Source: an uncultured Chthonomonadaceae bacterium (GTDB taxonomy: Bacteria > Armatimonadota > Chthonomonadetes > Chthonomonadales > CAJBBX01). Taken from it: a stretch of DNA of 64,000 nucleotides. Under the pieces are notes generated by a model. That model was given only the letters and a program-made list of their open reading frames with translations, was not told where the DNA came from and did no database searches. Shown one piece after another: positions 47,471 through 57,134 of the stretch (within the stretch, counting starts at the first letter, position 1; each line of letters begins with the position of its first letter). Location of the stretch: the NCBI GenBank assembly GCA_964429855.1, contig CAYSDM010000012.1, forward strand, positions 4,203-68,202, read 5' to 3'. The translations under genes were made by a program, and so were the position numbers.

Positions 47471-48514
47471 ATGCTCGATTCCACCGATCTGATCCGCGAA
47501 CTGACCGCCATTCCGGGACCGCCGGGCAATGAGGAGGCGGTCAGCGCCGCCGTTCGCGCCTACGCCGAAGCGCTGGGCTACGCCTGCTATCTGGACGCGA
47601 AGGGCAACCTGCTGATTCCTCTGCCGACCGGAGGGGAGCCGCTAACGACTCCCCGCATCGTCGTTACCGCTCATCTGGACGAACTGGGGCTGATGATTTC
47701 ACAGATAGAGCCGGATGGCTCGGCGCGAGTGATCCCGATGGGCGGACTCTATCCCTGGAAGTGGGGAGAGCAGCCGGTAGAGATCATAGCGCAGCCGGAG
47801 CCGGTTCCGGGCATCATCTCCTTCGGCTGTATTCACACCAACTCGCCCCTGTCGGTGGCGCATCATGCCCGGAATGAGCCGCTGACCTGGGAGCAGACGT
47901 ATATCTTCACGGGGATGCTGCCGGAGGAACTGGAAGCGCGGGGCGTGCGTCCCGGCGTGCGCGTCGCCTTGGCGCGGGATCGGCGAACCGTGCGGGAGAT
48001 AGGCCCGTACCTCTGCGGCTACTTTCTAGACGACCGCGCCGATCTGGCGGTGATGCTGATGGCGCTGGAGAGGCTGCGAGATAGGACCTTCCCGCAGGGC
48101 GTTCTCTTTGCCGCCACCGTCTCCGAGGAGGTAGGAGGCGAAGGCGCGCTCTATCTGATGCAGCAGTATCGCCCGGACCTCTGTCTTGCGCTGGAGATTG
48201 GACCCTCCGTCCCGGAGAGCCACTTCCTGCCGGATGAGCAGCCTACCATCTGGGTCAACGACAGCTTTGCCGCCATGTCCGCCCGCGACATCGAAGAGAT
48301 GCATCGTCTCTGCGCGCAGTTAGAACTTGTCCCGCACTGGCAGGCGCTCTCTCGCGGCGGTTCGGATGCCTCCTGCGCGGCGGCGCGCGGTCTGACGGCG
48401 CGCCCGATCACCCTCGGACTTCCTCTTGAAAACTCGCACGGCTATGAGATCATGCACCGCGATGCGCCGACTGTTCTGGCGCATCTGCTCGCCGCTTACC
48501 TTCAACAGAAGTAG
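47471..48514 (+). CDS. M42 family metallopeptidase (glutamyl aminopeptidase / FrvX-like)
   Basis: LIRELTAIPGPPGNEEAV, TAHLDELG, YFLDDRADLAV and SEEVGGEGA. Confidence 0.85.
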   Translation: MLDSTDLIRELTAIPGPPGNEEAVSAAVRAYAEALGYACYLDAKGNLLIPLPTGGEPLTTPRIVVTAHLDELGLMISQIEPDGSARVIPMGGLYPWKWGEQPVEIIAQPEPVPGIISFGCIHTNSPLSVAHHARNEPLTWEQTYIFTGMLPEELEARGVRPGVRVALARDRRTVREIGPYLCGYFLDDRADLAVMLMALERLRDRTFPQGVLFAATVSEEVGGEGALYLMQQYRPDLCLALEIGPSVPESHFLPDEQPTIWVNDSFAAMSARDIEEMHRLCAQLELVPHWQALSRGGSDASCAAARGLTARPITLGLPLENSHGYEIMHRDAPTVLAHLLAAYLQQK

Positions 48515-48540
48515 CGCGAACTTGCGCCTGGAGAGAATAT

Positions 48541-49296
48541 ATGCGTGAACTGCAGGGGCGAACCGCGCTGATTACGGGCGGAACCCGGGGGATCGGCGCG
48601 GCAATTGCGCGAGTCTACGCGGAGCAGGGGATGCGTCTTGCGCTCAACTATCGGACAGATCATGCCAGCGCGCGGCAAACCCTCGCGCAGCTTCCCGGCG
48701 AGGGGCACTGCCTGATTGCGGCGGATATCTCCGATCCCGCGCAGACTCAGGCGATGGTGACGCAGGCGGTGGAGGCGTTAGGGCGGCTGGATGTGCTGGT
48801 CAATAACGCTGCCGTCTATGCCTGTCAGTCGTTCCAGACGGAGCGCTATGAGGAGTGGCAGGATGCCTGGAGGCGCACGCTGGACCTGAATCTAATGGGA
48901 GCGGTCAACGCCACCTACTGCGCCCTGCCGCAGATGCGATTCCAGGGCAGCGGCAAGGTGATCTTCATCGGGTCACGCGGGGGATTTCGCGGGGAGACCG
49001 AAGCGCCTGCCTATGCAGTCGCCAAGATCGGACTGGTGGGGTTTACGCGCAGTCTGGCGCGCGCGCTGGCGAGCGAGAAGGTCTATGCCTACTGCATCGC
49101 GCCGGGCTGGGTGGACACCGATATGTCGCGCCAGCGTATGGAGCCGCAGATGGAGCGAATCCTGACGGAGATTCCCTTCGGGCGCGTTGCCTCCGTCGAG
49201 GATGTGGCGGGCGTCGCCCGGTTCCTTGCAACCGACGCCGCCGACTATCTGACTGGCATTACGATCACCGTCACCGGCGGTCAGGCGATCTTCTAG
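48541..49296 (+). CDS. SDR family oxidoreductase (FabG-like)
   Basis: TGGTRGIGAAIA (TGxxxGIG), NNAA, and the catalytic YAVAK (YxxxK). Confidence 0.9.
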   Translation: MRELQGRTALITGGTRGIGAAIARVYAEQGMRLALNYRTDHASARQTLAQLPGEGHCLIAADISDPAQTQAMVTQAVEALGRLDVLVNNAAVYACQSFQTERYEEWQDAWRRTLDLNLMGAVNATYCALPQMRFQGSGKVIFIGSRGGFRGETEAPAYAVAKIGLVGFTRSLARALASEKVYAYCIAPGWVDTDMSRQRMEPQMERILTEIPFGRVASVEDVAGVARFLATDAADYLTGITITVTGGQAIF

Positions 49297-49350
49297 CCTT
49301 CGTCCCGTCTCTCATCGTCTCTGATCGTCTCCCGGTATTCCGAGGCTTCT

Positions 49351-51327
49351 ATGAACGCAGCCCCGCAGCCACAATCCGCGCCGGAACCAGACCCCATTTC
49401 TGCCCGCCGATTTGCGCCGGTGACGCTCCGCTCCGTGCTGATAGGGGCGGCGGGCGGCGTGGCGGTGGTGATCCTGCAGGTCGTCTCCAAAGCAGCACCC
49501 AGTACCGTGATTCTGCCCCTGGGGAGCGCCACCACGCTGTTTCCGGGGGGGGTGCTCTGTCTGTTCACGATGGCGGTCGCCAATCTGCTGCTGAAGCGGT
49601 GGCGTCCTTCGGCGGTCTTTCAGCCGGGCGAATTTGCGGTGGTCTTCGGGATGGTAACCGTCGCGGCAAGCATCGGGGCGCAGGATCAGCTTCAGTATCT
49701 GCTTCCCACGATGGTCTACCCGTTCCGGCAGGCGCAGGACGCCGCTTCAGGAGAGTTTCGTAAATTTATCCCGGAGTGGTACGCGCCGCGTGATCCGTCG
49801 GTCGTCGAACCCTACTATCAGGGCAATCAGAGCTTCTGGAACCCGCAGTTCTGGCTGCCCTGGGTGATTCCGGTCGCCGTCTGGATCGTGTGGACGATGG
49901 CGCTGGGAATAACCATCTGGGCGTGGAACGTGATTTTACGCCGCCGCTGGATGGATCACGACCGCCTCGTTTTTCCCTGCGTGCAGCTTCCGCTGGAGAT
50001 GTGCCGCGCCGGAGGTTTCAACGGAATGTTGAGCGGACGGCTCTTCTGGGGCGGCTTTCTCTTCGCGGTCGTCTTCAACTCCCTCACCAGTCTCAACGGC
50101 TTCATTCCGACAATTCCGGCGATCCCAACCTGGTATTCGGCGACTCCCGTCCTCGAAGCCGCGCCGGCACCCTGGAACGCCCTTGCACCGATGTCCTTGA
50201 CATGGGACCCCTTCCATATCGGTATCTGCTACTTCATTCCGCTGGATATCCTCTTCAGTTCGTGGTTTTTCTACCTGCTCCGGAAGGGGATGGAGGTGTT
50301 CGGCTTCGCGATGGGCTGGCGCGAACTGGGATGGGACGCTAACGGATTCCCCTATACCCGCGCGCAGGCGTCGGGAGCGTGGATCGTTCTCTTCTTCCTG
50401 CTGGTCTGGGCGGAACGGAAGCATCTGGCGCGAGTCTTCCGGGCCGGATTCGGACTGCGCGCCGATCTGGACGATTCCGATGAACCCGGCTCCTATCGGT
50501 GGGCGGCGCGCTGGCTGGTGCTCGGAACGCTGTTTCTCGTCGGGTTCAGCGTCGTCTCCGGCATGTCCATCTGGCTGACCCTCGCCTACTACGCCTTCTT
50601 CTTCATGCTCTATGTGACCATGACTCGCATCTACGCGCAGGTCGGTCCGCCGATTCTGGAACTCTATTTCATAGACCCGCAGCGATTCATCACCTCGACC
50701 TTCGGGACACAGTGGGATACGCCGCGCTCCTGGACGCTCTTTTCGCTGAACTACTGGATCAACCGCGATCATCGCGGGCAGCCAATGGCGCATCAACTGT
50801 CGGCGTTTCGCGTCGGCAACAGCTGTCACGTGCCGCCGCGTGCCATGGGCGGACTGGTCCTGGTCGCCTTTCTGATCGGCACGGTGACCTGTCTGCTCGC
50901 CGGTCTGCACTGGGCGTACCGACTGGGCGAGGATCAGTGGGTGACGGGGGGATGGCGCGAAGCCGCCGCCGGTCTGACCGTCAGCCGCTATCGCCAGTGG
51001 ACGCTGACGCCCTCCGGTCCGCACTGGCTGGAGGTCGGCTTTCTGAGCGTCGGAGCCGTCATCACCTGGACGCTCGCCAAGCTGCAGTACACGATTATCG
51101 GTTTCCCCTTCCATCCCATCGGGTTTGCGCTGGCGATGTGTTTTGCGGTCGAATACAACTGGCCTGCTTTCCTGATCGCCTGGCTGTTCAAGCTGCTCCT
51201 GTTTCGTTATGGCGGGCGAGGAATGTACCTGCGTTTCGCGCCCTTCTTTCTGGGACTGATTCTGGGAGCCGTTATCACGCCGCTGGCATGGGGATTTCTG
51301 AGTTGGCTGTTCGAATGGAACCGCTGA
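49351..51327 (+). CDS. large polytopic membrane protein of unknown function (658 aa)
   Basis: At least 12 hydrophobic spans, Trp/Phe-rich, with no motif I can assign. The antisense ORF 49936-51741 is Arg/Gly-rich and was rejected. Confidence 0.75.
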   Translation: MNAAPQPQSAPEPDPISARRFAPVTLRSVLIGAAGGVAVVILQVVSKAAPSTVILPLGSATTLFPGGVLCLFTMAVANLLLKRWRPSAVFQPGEFAVVFGMVTVAASIGAQDQLQYLLPTMVYPFRQAQDAASGEFRKFIPEWYAPRDPSVVEPYYQGNQSFWNPQFWLPWVIPVAVWIVWTMALGITIWAWNVILRRRWMDHDRLVFPCVQLPLEMCRAGGFNGMLSGRLFWGGFLFAVVFNSLTSLNGFIPTIPAIPTWYSATPVLEAAPAPWNALAPMSLTWDPFHIGICYFIPLDILFSSWFFYLLRKGMEVFGFAMGWRELGWDANGFPYTRAQASGAWIVLFFLLVWAERKHLARVFRAGFGLRADLDDSDEPGSYRWAARWLVLGTLFLVGFSVVSGMSIWLTLAYYAFFFMLYVTMTRIYAQVGPPILELYFIDPQRFITSTFGTQWDTPRSWTLFSLNYWINRDHRGQPMAHQLSAFRVGNSCHVPPRAMGGLVLVAFLIGTVTCLLAGLHWAYRLGEDQWVTGGWREAAAGLTVSRYRQWTLTPSGPHWLEVGFLSVGAVITWTLAKLQYTIIGFPFHPIGFALAMCFAVEYNWPAFLIAWLFKLLLFRYGGRGMYLRFAPFFLGLILGAVITPLAWGFLSWLFEWNR

Positions 51328-51352
51328 TTTTTGCTGCTCGGTAAGGGAGGAT

Positions 51353-51985
51353 ATGGAAGCGTTAACGCCTCTGCTAAAGACGACAATTGCGCTGATCGTG
51401 GTGGTTAATCCAATCGGGGCGGCGCCGGTCTTTCTGAGCCTGACGCACGGGCAGAGCGACGAAGCGCGCCGCCAGATGGCGCGCACTGCCGCGCTGGCGA
51501 CCGTGCTAATCCTGCTGGCGGCGGCGCTGGCGGGAAAATGGCTGCTTCTGCTGTTTGGCATCAGCCTGCCGAGTTTCAAAGTGGCGGGAGGGATGCTGTT
51601 TCTGCTGATGGGGCTGGATATGCTCAATGCGCGTCCGAGCCGCAGCCGCGAGACACCGGAAGAGACGGCGGAAGCCGGAAGGCGCAAAGAGATCGCGGTC
51701 GTGCCGATCGCGATTCCGCAACTTGCCGGACCGGGAGCCATCGGGTCGGTGATCCTCTTTGCGGACGCCGGTCCGTTCTGGCCTCATATGCTGGTGGTCG
51801 CCGGGGTGATTCTGGCGGTCGGGGTCATCTCGTGGGTGTCGCTGCGGCTGGCCGCTCCCATCGGGATGGCGCTGGGAACCACCGGAATCAACATCTTCAC
51901 CCGGATCATGGGTCTGATAGTGGTGGCGGTGGCGGTCGAGTTTATCGTCAGCGGACTGCGCGCCCTCTGGAAGACCGCCGTTTAG
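51353..51985 (+). CDS. MarC family (UPF0056/NAAT) membrane protein
   Basis: 210 aa with 6 hydrophobic spans. NPIGAAPVFLSL and AIPQLAGPGAI motifs. AGGGAGG RBS. Confidence 0.85.
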   Translation: MEALTPLLKTTIALIVVVNPIGAAPVFLSLTHGQSDEARRQMARTAALATVLILLAAALAGKWLLLLFGISLPSFKVAGGMLFLLMGLDMLNARPSRSRETPEETAEAGRRKEIAVVPIAIPQLAGPGAIGSVILFADAGPFWPHMLVVAGVILAVGVISWVSLRLAAPIGMALGTTGINIFTRIMGLIVVAVAVEFIVSGLRALWKTAV

Positions 51986-52003
51986 CCGCTCCCTGCAGTC
52001 GGG

Positions 52004-53467
52004 TTACCGGGGCTTTTTAAACCGCTCCAGATTTTTCCGCGCGTCGGCGTAGTTGGGGTTGATGGCGAGCGCGCGGCGATAGCTGGCGACCGCCAGATCT
52101 GTAAAGCCCTTCTTCTCCAGCGCAACCCCCAGATTGTTATGGGCGAACTCGTAGCGCGGGTTGGCTTTGATGGCACGCTGGTAGAACTTAATCGCCTCAT
52201 CCACGCTGTTGCGCCGGTCGAAGATCAGCCCCAGCCCGTTGAGCGCTTCGGCATTTTCGGGAGCATTTTGCAGGGAGCGCGTATACTCCTTCTCGGCGCG
52301 ATCCAGGTCGTTCTTTGCCAGGTAGTGGGCGGCAAGCCAGCGGCGCACATCGGCGCGGGCAGGGTCGCGCTCCAGCGCGGTCGCCCAGGCGCGCGCGGCG
52401 GAATCGGGATCTCCTTTACGCGAATAGGCGGTCCCGAGATTGACCCAGGCGACTGCATCGCCGGGAGCGATCTCCGCCAATTGACGAAATGTCTGGACGG
52501 CCTCCTCTATCTGACCGGCTTGAAAATACTGCAGCCCGAGCGCGTTGAGGGTTTCGGCGCTGTTCGGGCGTGCCTCCAATGCGCGGCGAAAGCAGGCGAT
52601 GGCGCGTATCGGGCTGCCATTGCGAGCATACAGCATCCCCAGACTGTAGGCGGCGGCGAAGTCCTTCGGGCTGATTGCCAGCGCGCGTTCATACTGGACG
52701 ATCGCCTCCTTTTCCTGCCTCAACTGCTGAAAGGTCTCTGCCAGCGCCATGCGGGCGTCATAGTTTCGCGCATCCAGATTAACCGCCTTTAGCAGCGCGT
52801 CGCGCGCCTGCGGGTACTGCCGGAGATCGAGATATGCCAGCCCCAGGTTGAGCCAGAAGTCGGCATTGCCGGGCATAAGCTGCGTGGAGCGGATATAGGC
52901 GGCAATCGCCTCCTGCGGGCGACGTATCTGCTGGAGCGCGTAGCCCAGATTGTTCTGAATGTAGGCGTCGCGGGGATTGATCTGCGCGGCGCGGCGAAAC
53001 GCGGCGATGGCGTCCAAGAAGCGGTTTACTTTGGTATAGACGCGACCCAGATTATAGTGCGCGTTTGCGGAGTCGGGCTGAAGGGAGACGGTTTTTCGGA
53101 AAGCGGTGATCGCCTCCTGCACGCGCCCGGCGTTCAGATAGGCGTTCCCCAGGTTCATATAGGCTTCGCCATAGCTGTCGCGCAGCTTAACCGCCTTCTC
53201 CAGCGGCTCAATCGCCTCCGCGTACTTTCCCTGCCGCAGACGGATGAAGCCGATCCAGTTATAGATCAGCGGATCGTTGGGGGAGGCGGTTCGCGCGCGT
53301 TCGAACTCCTCCAGCGCCGCATCCAGCTTCCCCTCGCGATGGAGGGCAACCGCTTTGTTGAAATGCTCTGCGGTGTCCTGAGCCGCCGTGCATACCGCAG
53401 ACATGCAGAGCAGATATGCCAGCAGAATGAACGTTGGGCGCACGCATGCCTGCATCACCGCGCACAC
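52004..53467 (-). CDS. secreted tetratricopeptide (TPR) repeat protein
   Basis: About 12 consecutive 34-aa TPR units (e.g. AEALNGLGLIFDRRNSVDEAIKFYQRAIKANP). Signal-like N-terminus. GAAGGAG abuts the GTG at 53467, so the true start is probably the GTG at 53458 or the ATG at 53455. Confidence 0.88.
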   Translation of the reverse strand: MCAVMQACVRPTFILLAYLLCMSAVCTAAQDTAEHFNKAVALHREGKLDAALEEFERARTASPNDPLIYNWIGFIRLRQGKYAEAIEPLEKAVKLRDSYGEAYMNLGNAYLNAGRVQEAITAFRKTVSLQPDSANAHYNLGRVYTKVNRFLDAIAAFRRAAQINPRDAYIQNNLGYALQQIRRPQEAIAAYIRSTQLMPGNADFWLNLGLAYLDLRQYPQARDALLKAVNLDARNYDARMALAETFQQLRQEKEAIVQYERALAISPKDFAAAYSLGMLYARNGSPIRAIACFRRALEARPNSAETLNALGLQYFQAGQIEEAVQTFRQLAEIAPGDAVAWVNLGTAYSRKGDPDSAARAWATALERDPARADVRRWLAAHYLAKNDLDRAEKEYTRSLQNAPENAEALNGLGLIFDRRNSVDEAIKFYQRAIKANPRYEFAHNNLGVALEKKGFTDLAVASYRRALAINPNYADARKNLERFKKPR

Positions 53468-53565
53468 TCCTTCTGACCATAGTTTGATCGGTAATTAAAA
53501 TTATTATAACACAGGCAGGCGGTCAGGAGACACGTCCGCCGGGGCAGTTCGGGGGAATGGACGGA

Positions 53566-55005
53566 TTAACCGCCGTCCGGCATGGCGGGAGAGATGAGCG
53601 AGGAGGCGAGGATGATGCGGTTTTTGCCGGCGCGTTTGGCTTCATAGAGGGCGCTGTCGGCGGTCTGTATCAGCGCATTCTCATCGGGGGCATCACCGGG
53701 ATAGGCGGAGACTCCCGCGCTGACGGTCATGGCGCAGGAAAGACCGTTGCCCAGATCAAAACGGGTCTCCGCCACCGCCGATCGCACGCGCTCCGCCACC
53801 ACCTCCGCTTCGGAGGCATGGGTCTCCGGGCAGACGATCACAAACTCCTCGCCGCCGTAGCGCGCCGCCAGATCGGCTTCGCGAATGCTGCGCCGCAGAA
53901 GCTCCGCGATCTGAATAAGCACACGGTTACCCGCTTCATGACCATAGCGGTCATTGACGGTCTTGAAGTCGTCGAGATCCAGGAGGATCACCGCAAGAGG
54001 ATGATGGTAGCGCGCCGAGCGTTTCAGTTCATCTTCCAGGCTCTTGCGGAAGAAGCGGAAGTTATAGAGTCGGGTCATCTCATCCGTGAAAGCAAGGTCC
54101 TCCAGTCCCTCCTGAAGACGCAGTTTATAGAGGGGAAACCCGATCCGGTCGGCGAACTGGCGCAGCAGGCGAAGCTGCGCTTCATCCAGAGGCTGTTCGA
54201 TCTTAAACGAGAGATAGAGCATCCCGAACGGAACCTTCAGCGAACGCAGGCTGACGCAGGCGACGGCGCGGGCGCGTGGATCGAGATTCAACAGGCGCAC
54301 ATGGCGATGCGCCTCCACATCCGGGATGTAGAGCGGGGTGGAGTCGTTGGGCGACCACCCCGCATGGCGGGCGCGCAGGCTGAAACGTTCGAACTTCAGG
54401 TCGCCGGGAGTGGCTCCCAGCACCGCCATCATCTGCATGGAGTGCTGTGCCTCCCCGGTCAAAAAGATGGCGGCGCTCTGCAGACCGGGATACATCTTGT
54501 GCAGGGTCAGCAGGATCGAGTCGAGCGCATAGTCCAGCTTATCTGAGGAGTTGATGATCTGAGAGATATTGAGAAGCTCGTCTTTCTCCGCAACGGACAA
54601 CTGAAGCGAGATGCGCTCGCGGTTAACCTGGTTCGCGTAGAGACCTCCCACCAGCGCGATGACGATCAGCGTCAGGGCGCGCACCACCTCTTCCGTAGCC
54701 AGTCCTCTGCCTCCTAGAAAAGGTATCTCCATCAGAAGGGAGACGCCGCCCAGTATCAGCCCCAGCGCGATGACAAACCGCAAACGGCAGCGAATGATGG
54801 CGAAGATGACAGGCAGGAAGAGCAGGGGAAGATAGGGAGAGGCGGAGCCGCCGGTCAGACGCACAATAAAGACGGCGACCGCCACCGTCGCCAGTACGAA
54901 CAGGTTGGCGGTTCCTTCTGTCTTGAGTAGTCTGTTTAGCCAGTTGTTCACGGCGTCTCTCTTCCGGGATGAGCGGAGCATTCCGAACTCACCCGACACT
55001 GCCAC
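53566..55005 (-). CDS. membrane-anchored GAF-GGDEF diguanylate cyclase
   Basis: About 4 N-terminal transmembrane spans, a central GAF-like region, an intact GGEEF (RYGGEEFVIV), and an RxxD I-site (READ) five residues upstream of it. GTG start at 55005, or ATG at 54981. Confidence 0.88.
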   Translation of the reverse strand: MAVSGEFGMLRSSRKRDAVNNWLNRLLKTEGTANLFVLATVAVAVFIVRLTGGSASPYLPLLFLPVIFAIIRCRLRFVIALGLILGGVSLLMEIPFLGGRGLATEEVVRALTLIVIALVGGLYANQVNRERISLQLSVAEKDELLNISQIINSSDKLDYALDSILLTLHKMYPGLQSAAIFLTGEAQHSMQMMAVLGATPGDLKFERFSLRARHAGWSPNDSTPLYIPDVEAHRHVRLLNLDPRARAVACVSLRSLKVPFGMLYLSFKIEQPLDEAQLRLLRQFADRIGFPLYKLRLQEGLEDLAFTDEMTRLYNFRFFRKSLEDELKRSARYHHPLAVILLDLDDFKTVNDRYGHEAGNRVLIQIAELLRRSIREADLAARYGGEEFVIVCPETHASEAEVVAERVRSAVAETRFDLGNGLSCAMTVSAGVSAYPGDAPDENALIQTADSALYEAKRAGKNRIILASSLISPAMPDGG

Positions 55006-55099
55006 GCCGTTTCATGCCATCAGGGGCCGGAATAGTATGAAACGCGAATTAACCGATGAAAACCATCTGCGTCATGCAAACAGCTATATCCGTATACGA

Positions 55100-56524
55100 T
55101 CAGGAAGCGGGCATTATCTCCAATAATTTCTCCGCGTGAAGCAATTGCTCGCGGACGGCTTCCGGCGCGGTTCCACCGCGCTCGCGGCGGGACTCGACGC
55201 TGGCGAGAAGGGTGGCGTAATCGCCGGCATCCGTCCCGAACTCCGGGGCAAAGGAGGCGAGCGTCTCGCTCCCCAGGTCTTCCAGCGCGATTCCCTGCTC
55301 GATACAGTGGCGCACAATACGCCCGACCACATGATGGGCGTCGCGAAAGGCCATTCCGCGCCGTACCAGCAGGTCTGCCAGGTCGGTCGCCGTCGAGAAA
55401 TCGCCGCGCAGCGCCGCTCTCATGCGCTCTCGCTGAAACTGCGCGGTCGCCAGAGTTTTTTCAAAGGCGGGCAGGGTCATCAGCAGGGAGTCCACCGCAT
55501 CAAAGAGCGGCTCCTTATCCTCCTGCATATCTTTGTTATAGGTTAAGGGCAGTCCTTTCATCACCGTCAGCAGGGCAAGCAGGTCGCCGTATATCCTGCC
55601 AGTCTTTGCCCGCGCCAGTTCCGCCACATCCGGGTTCTTCTTCTGCGGCATGATGCTGCTGCCGGTGGTCACGGAGTCATCCAGTTGGACGAATCCGAAT
55701 TCGGGACTGTTCCAGAGAATTATCTCCTCCGCCAGCCGGGAGCAGTGCATACTGATGATCGCAGCGGCGGAGAGAAACTCCAGCGCATAGTCGCGGTCTG
55801 ATACGGCGTCCATGCTGTTCTCGGCAATCGCCGCAAACCCCAGAAGCTCCGCAACGCGCTCCCGGCAGATGGGAAACGAGGTTCCTGCCAGCGCGCCCGC
55901 GCCCAGCGGAAGCCGGTTGACCCGCTTGAGGGCATCCGCCAGCCGCTCCCGATCCCGTTGAAACATCCAGAAGTAGGCAAGCAGATGATGCGAGAGCAGT
56001 ACGGGCTGCGCGTGCTGCAGGTGGGTGAAGCCGGGCAAGAGGGTCGGCGGATCAAGCTCCTGCCGCGCCAGCCGCGTCAGAGTCTGCTGCATGGTGCGCA
56101 GAAGAGCGTCCACCTGGCGGATCACCTCGCGCAGATAGAGGCGGGTATCGGTCGCCACCTGATCGTTGCGGCTGCGCGCCGTATGCAGCTTTCCGGCTAC
56201 GGGTCCGATTCGTTGCCGCAGCAGCGATTCAACCGCGCTGTGGATATCTTCCGCGGCGGGATCGAAAGCCAGCGTGCCGGCGAGGATTCCCTGTTCGATC
56301 TCGCGCAGCCCGCTGACGATCTGCCGCGCCTCTTCCTCCGCAATGATCTGCGTCTCTCCGAGCATGGTGGCGTGCGCGATACTGCCCGCGATATCCTGCT
56401 GCCAGAGGCGCGCATCGAAGCGAAACGAGTTGTTCAGCCGTTCGACGATCTCATCCATCGAGCCGCTGAAGCGTCCGCCCCAGAGCCGGGGGGCGTTCGC
56501 GGGGGCGTCGGGTTGCTGGGTCAT
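55100..56524 (-). CDS. argH: argininosuccinate lyase
   Basis: Fumarate-lyase signature GSSIMPQKKNPD. N-terminus LWGGRFSG. Confidence 0.95.
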   Translation of the reverse strand: MTQQPDAPANAPRLWGGRFSGSMDEIVERLNNSFRFDARLWQQDIAGSIAHATMLGETQIIAEEEARQIVSGLREIEQGILAGTLAFDPAAEDIHSAVESLLRQRIGPVAGKLHTARSRNDQVATDTRLYLREVIRQVDALLRTMQQTLTRLARQELDPPTLLPGFTHLQHAQPVLLSHHLLAYFWMFQRDRERLADALKRVNRLPLGAGALAGTSFPICRERVAELLGFAAIAENSMDAVSDRDYALEFLSAAAIISMHCSRLAEEIILWNSPEFGFVQLDDSVTTGSSIMPQKKNPDVAELARAKTGRIYGDLLALLTVMKGLPLTYNKDMQEDKEPLFDAVDSLLMTLPAFEKTLATAQFQRERMRAALRGDFSTATDLADLLVRRGMAFRDAHHVVGRIVRHCIEQGIALEDLGSETLASFAPEFGTDAGDYATLLASVESRRERGGTAPEAVREQLLHAEKLLEIMPAS

Positions 56525-56542
56525 GGGGAATAGCGTATTCTT

Positions 56543-56570
56543 CGCGCCGGGAGAGATCTCTCCCGGCGCG
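56543..56570. other. perfect GC-rich palindrome between amidase stop and argH start
   Basis: cgcgccgggagaga|tctctcccggcgcg at 56543-56570, a 28-nt perfect inverted repeat centred on gatc. Confidence 0.85.
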
Positions 56571-56579
56571 CCTTTCTGG

Positions 56580-57092
56580 TTACTCCGGAATCTGTTCCGT
56601 TCTCCATTCGTAGCGCAGCTTTTGATCCAGGAAGTTAAAAAATGTCTCCCAGGGATAGTCCACCGGGTCCTGTTTGCGCCCTTTCGGCGAGGCGACTTGC
56701 GCGTGAGAAAAGATGGCGTCCCGGCTCAGCCCGTAGTTCTTGATAAGATAGGCGCAGATGCGGGAGACCTCCTCAACCTGTTCGCGGGGCCAATCCTCCC
56801 GACCGTCAAAATGCTCCTGTTCGATACCGAGGCTCGCGCTGTTGCTGTATCGGTCCGCCGTGACTTTTCCCGCATGATAGGCGGTGTCGTCGTTTCTCAC
56901 AAAGTGATAGACCCTGCCGACGCGGGTGACGTACCAGTGGACGCTGACCCGCGGACCGGTCAGCGTCGCCACGTCTCCTGCCTCCCGACCGTCCGTTGAG
57001 TGGAGAATGATGCTCTGAACAGGGCGGGTGCGTCCTGCGCGATAGGCGCGAGCCGGACGCCAGAGATAGTGGATCGTTCGCAGTTCCGCCAT
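56580..57092 (-). CDS. N-acetylmuramoyl-L-alanine amidase (amidase_2 / PGRP fold)
   Basis: IILHSTDG, TAYHAG and GIEQE motifs. GAGGAGG RBS. No signal peptide seen. Confidence 0.8.
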   Translation of the reverse strand: MAELRTIHYLWRPARAYRAGRTRPVQSIILHSTDGREAGDVATLTGPRVSVHWYVTRVGRVYHFVRNDDTAYHAGKVTADRYSNSASLGIEQEHFDGREDWPREQVEEVSRICAYLIKNYGLSRDAIFSHAQVASPKGRKQDPVDYPWETFFNFLDQKLRYEWRTEQIPE

Positions 57093-57134
57093 CGAAACCT
57101 CCTCTCCGAAGCTGACGGCGGTCGTTTGCGCCGT

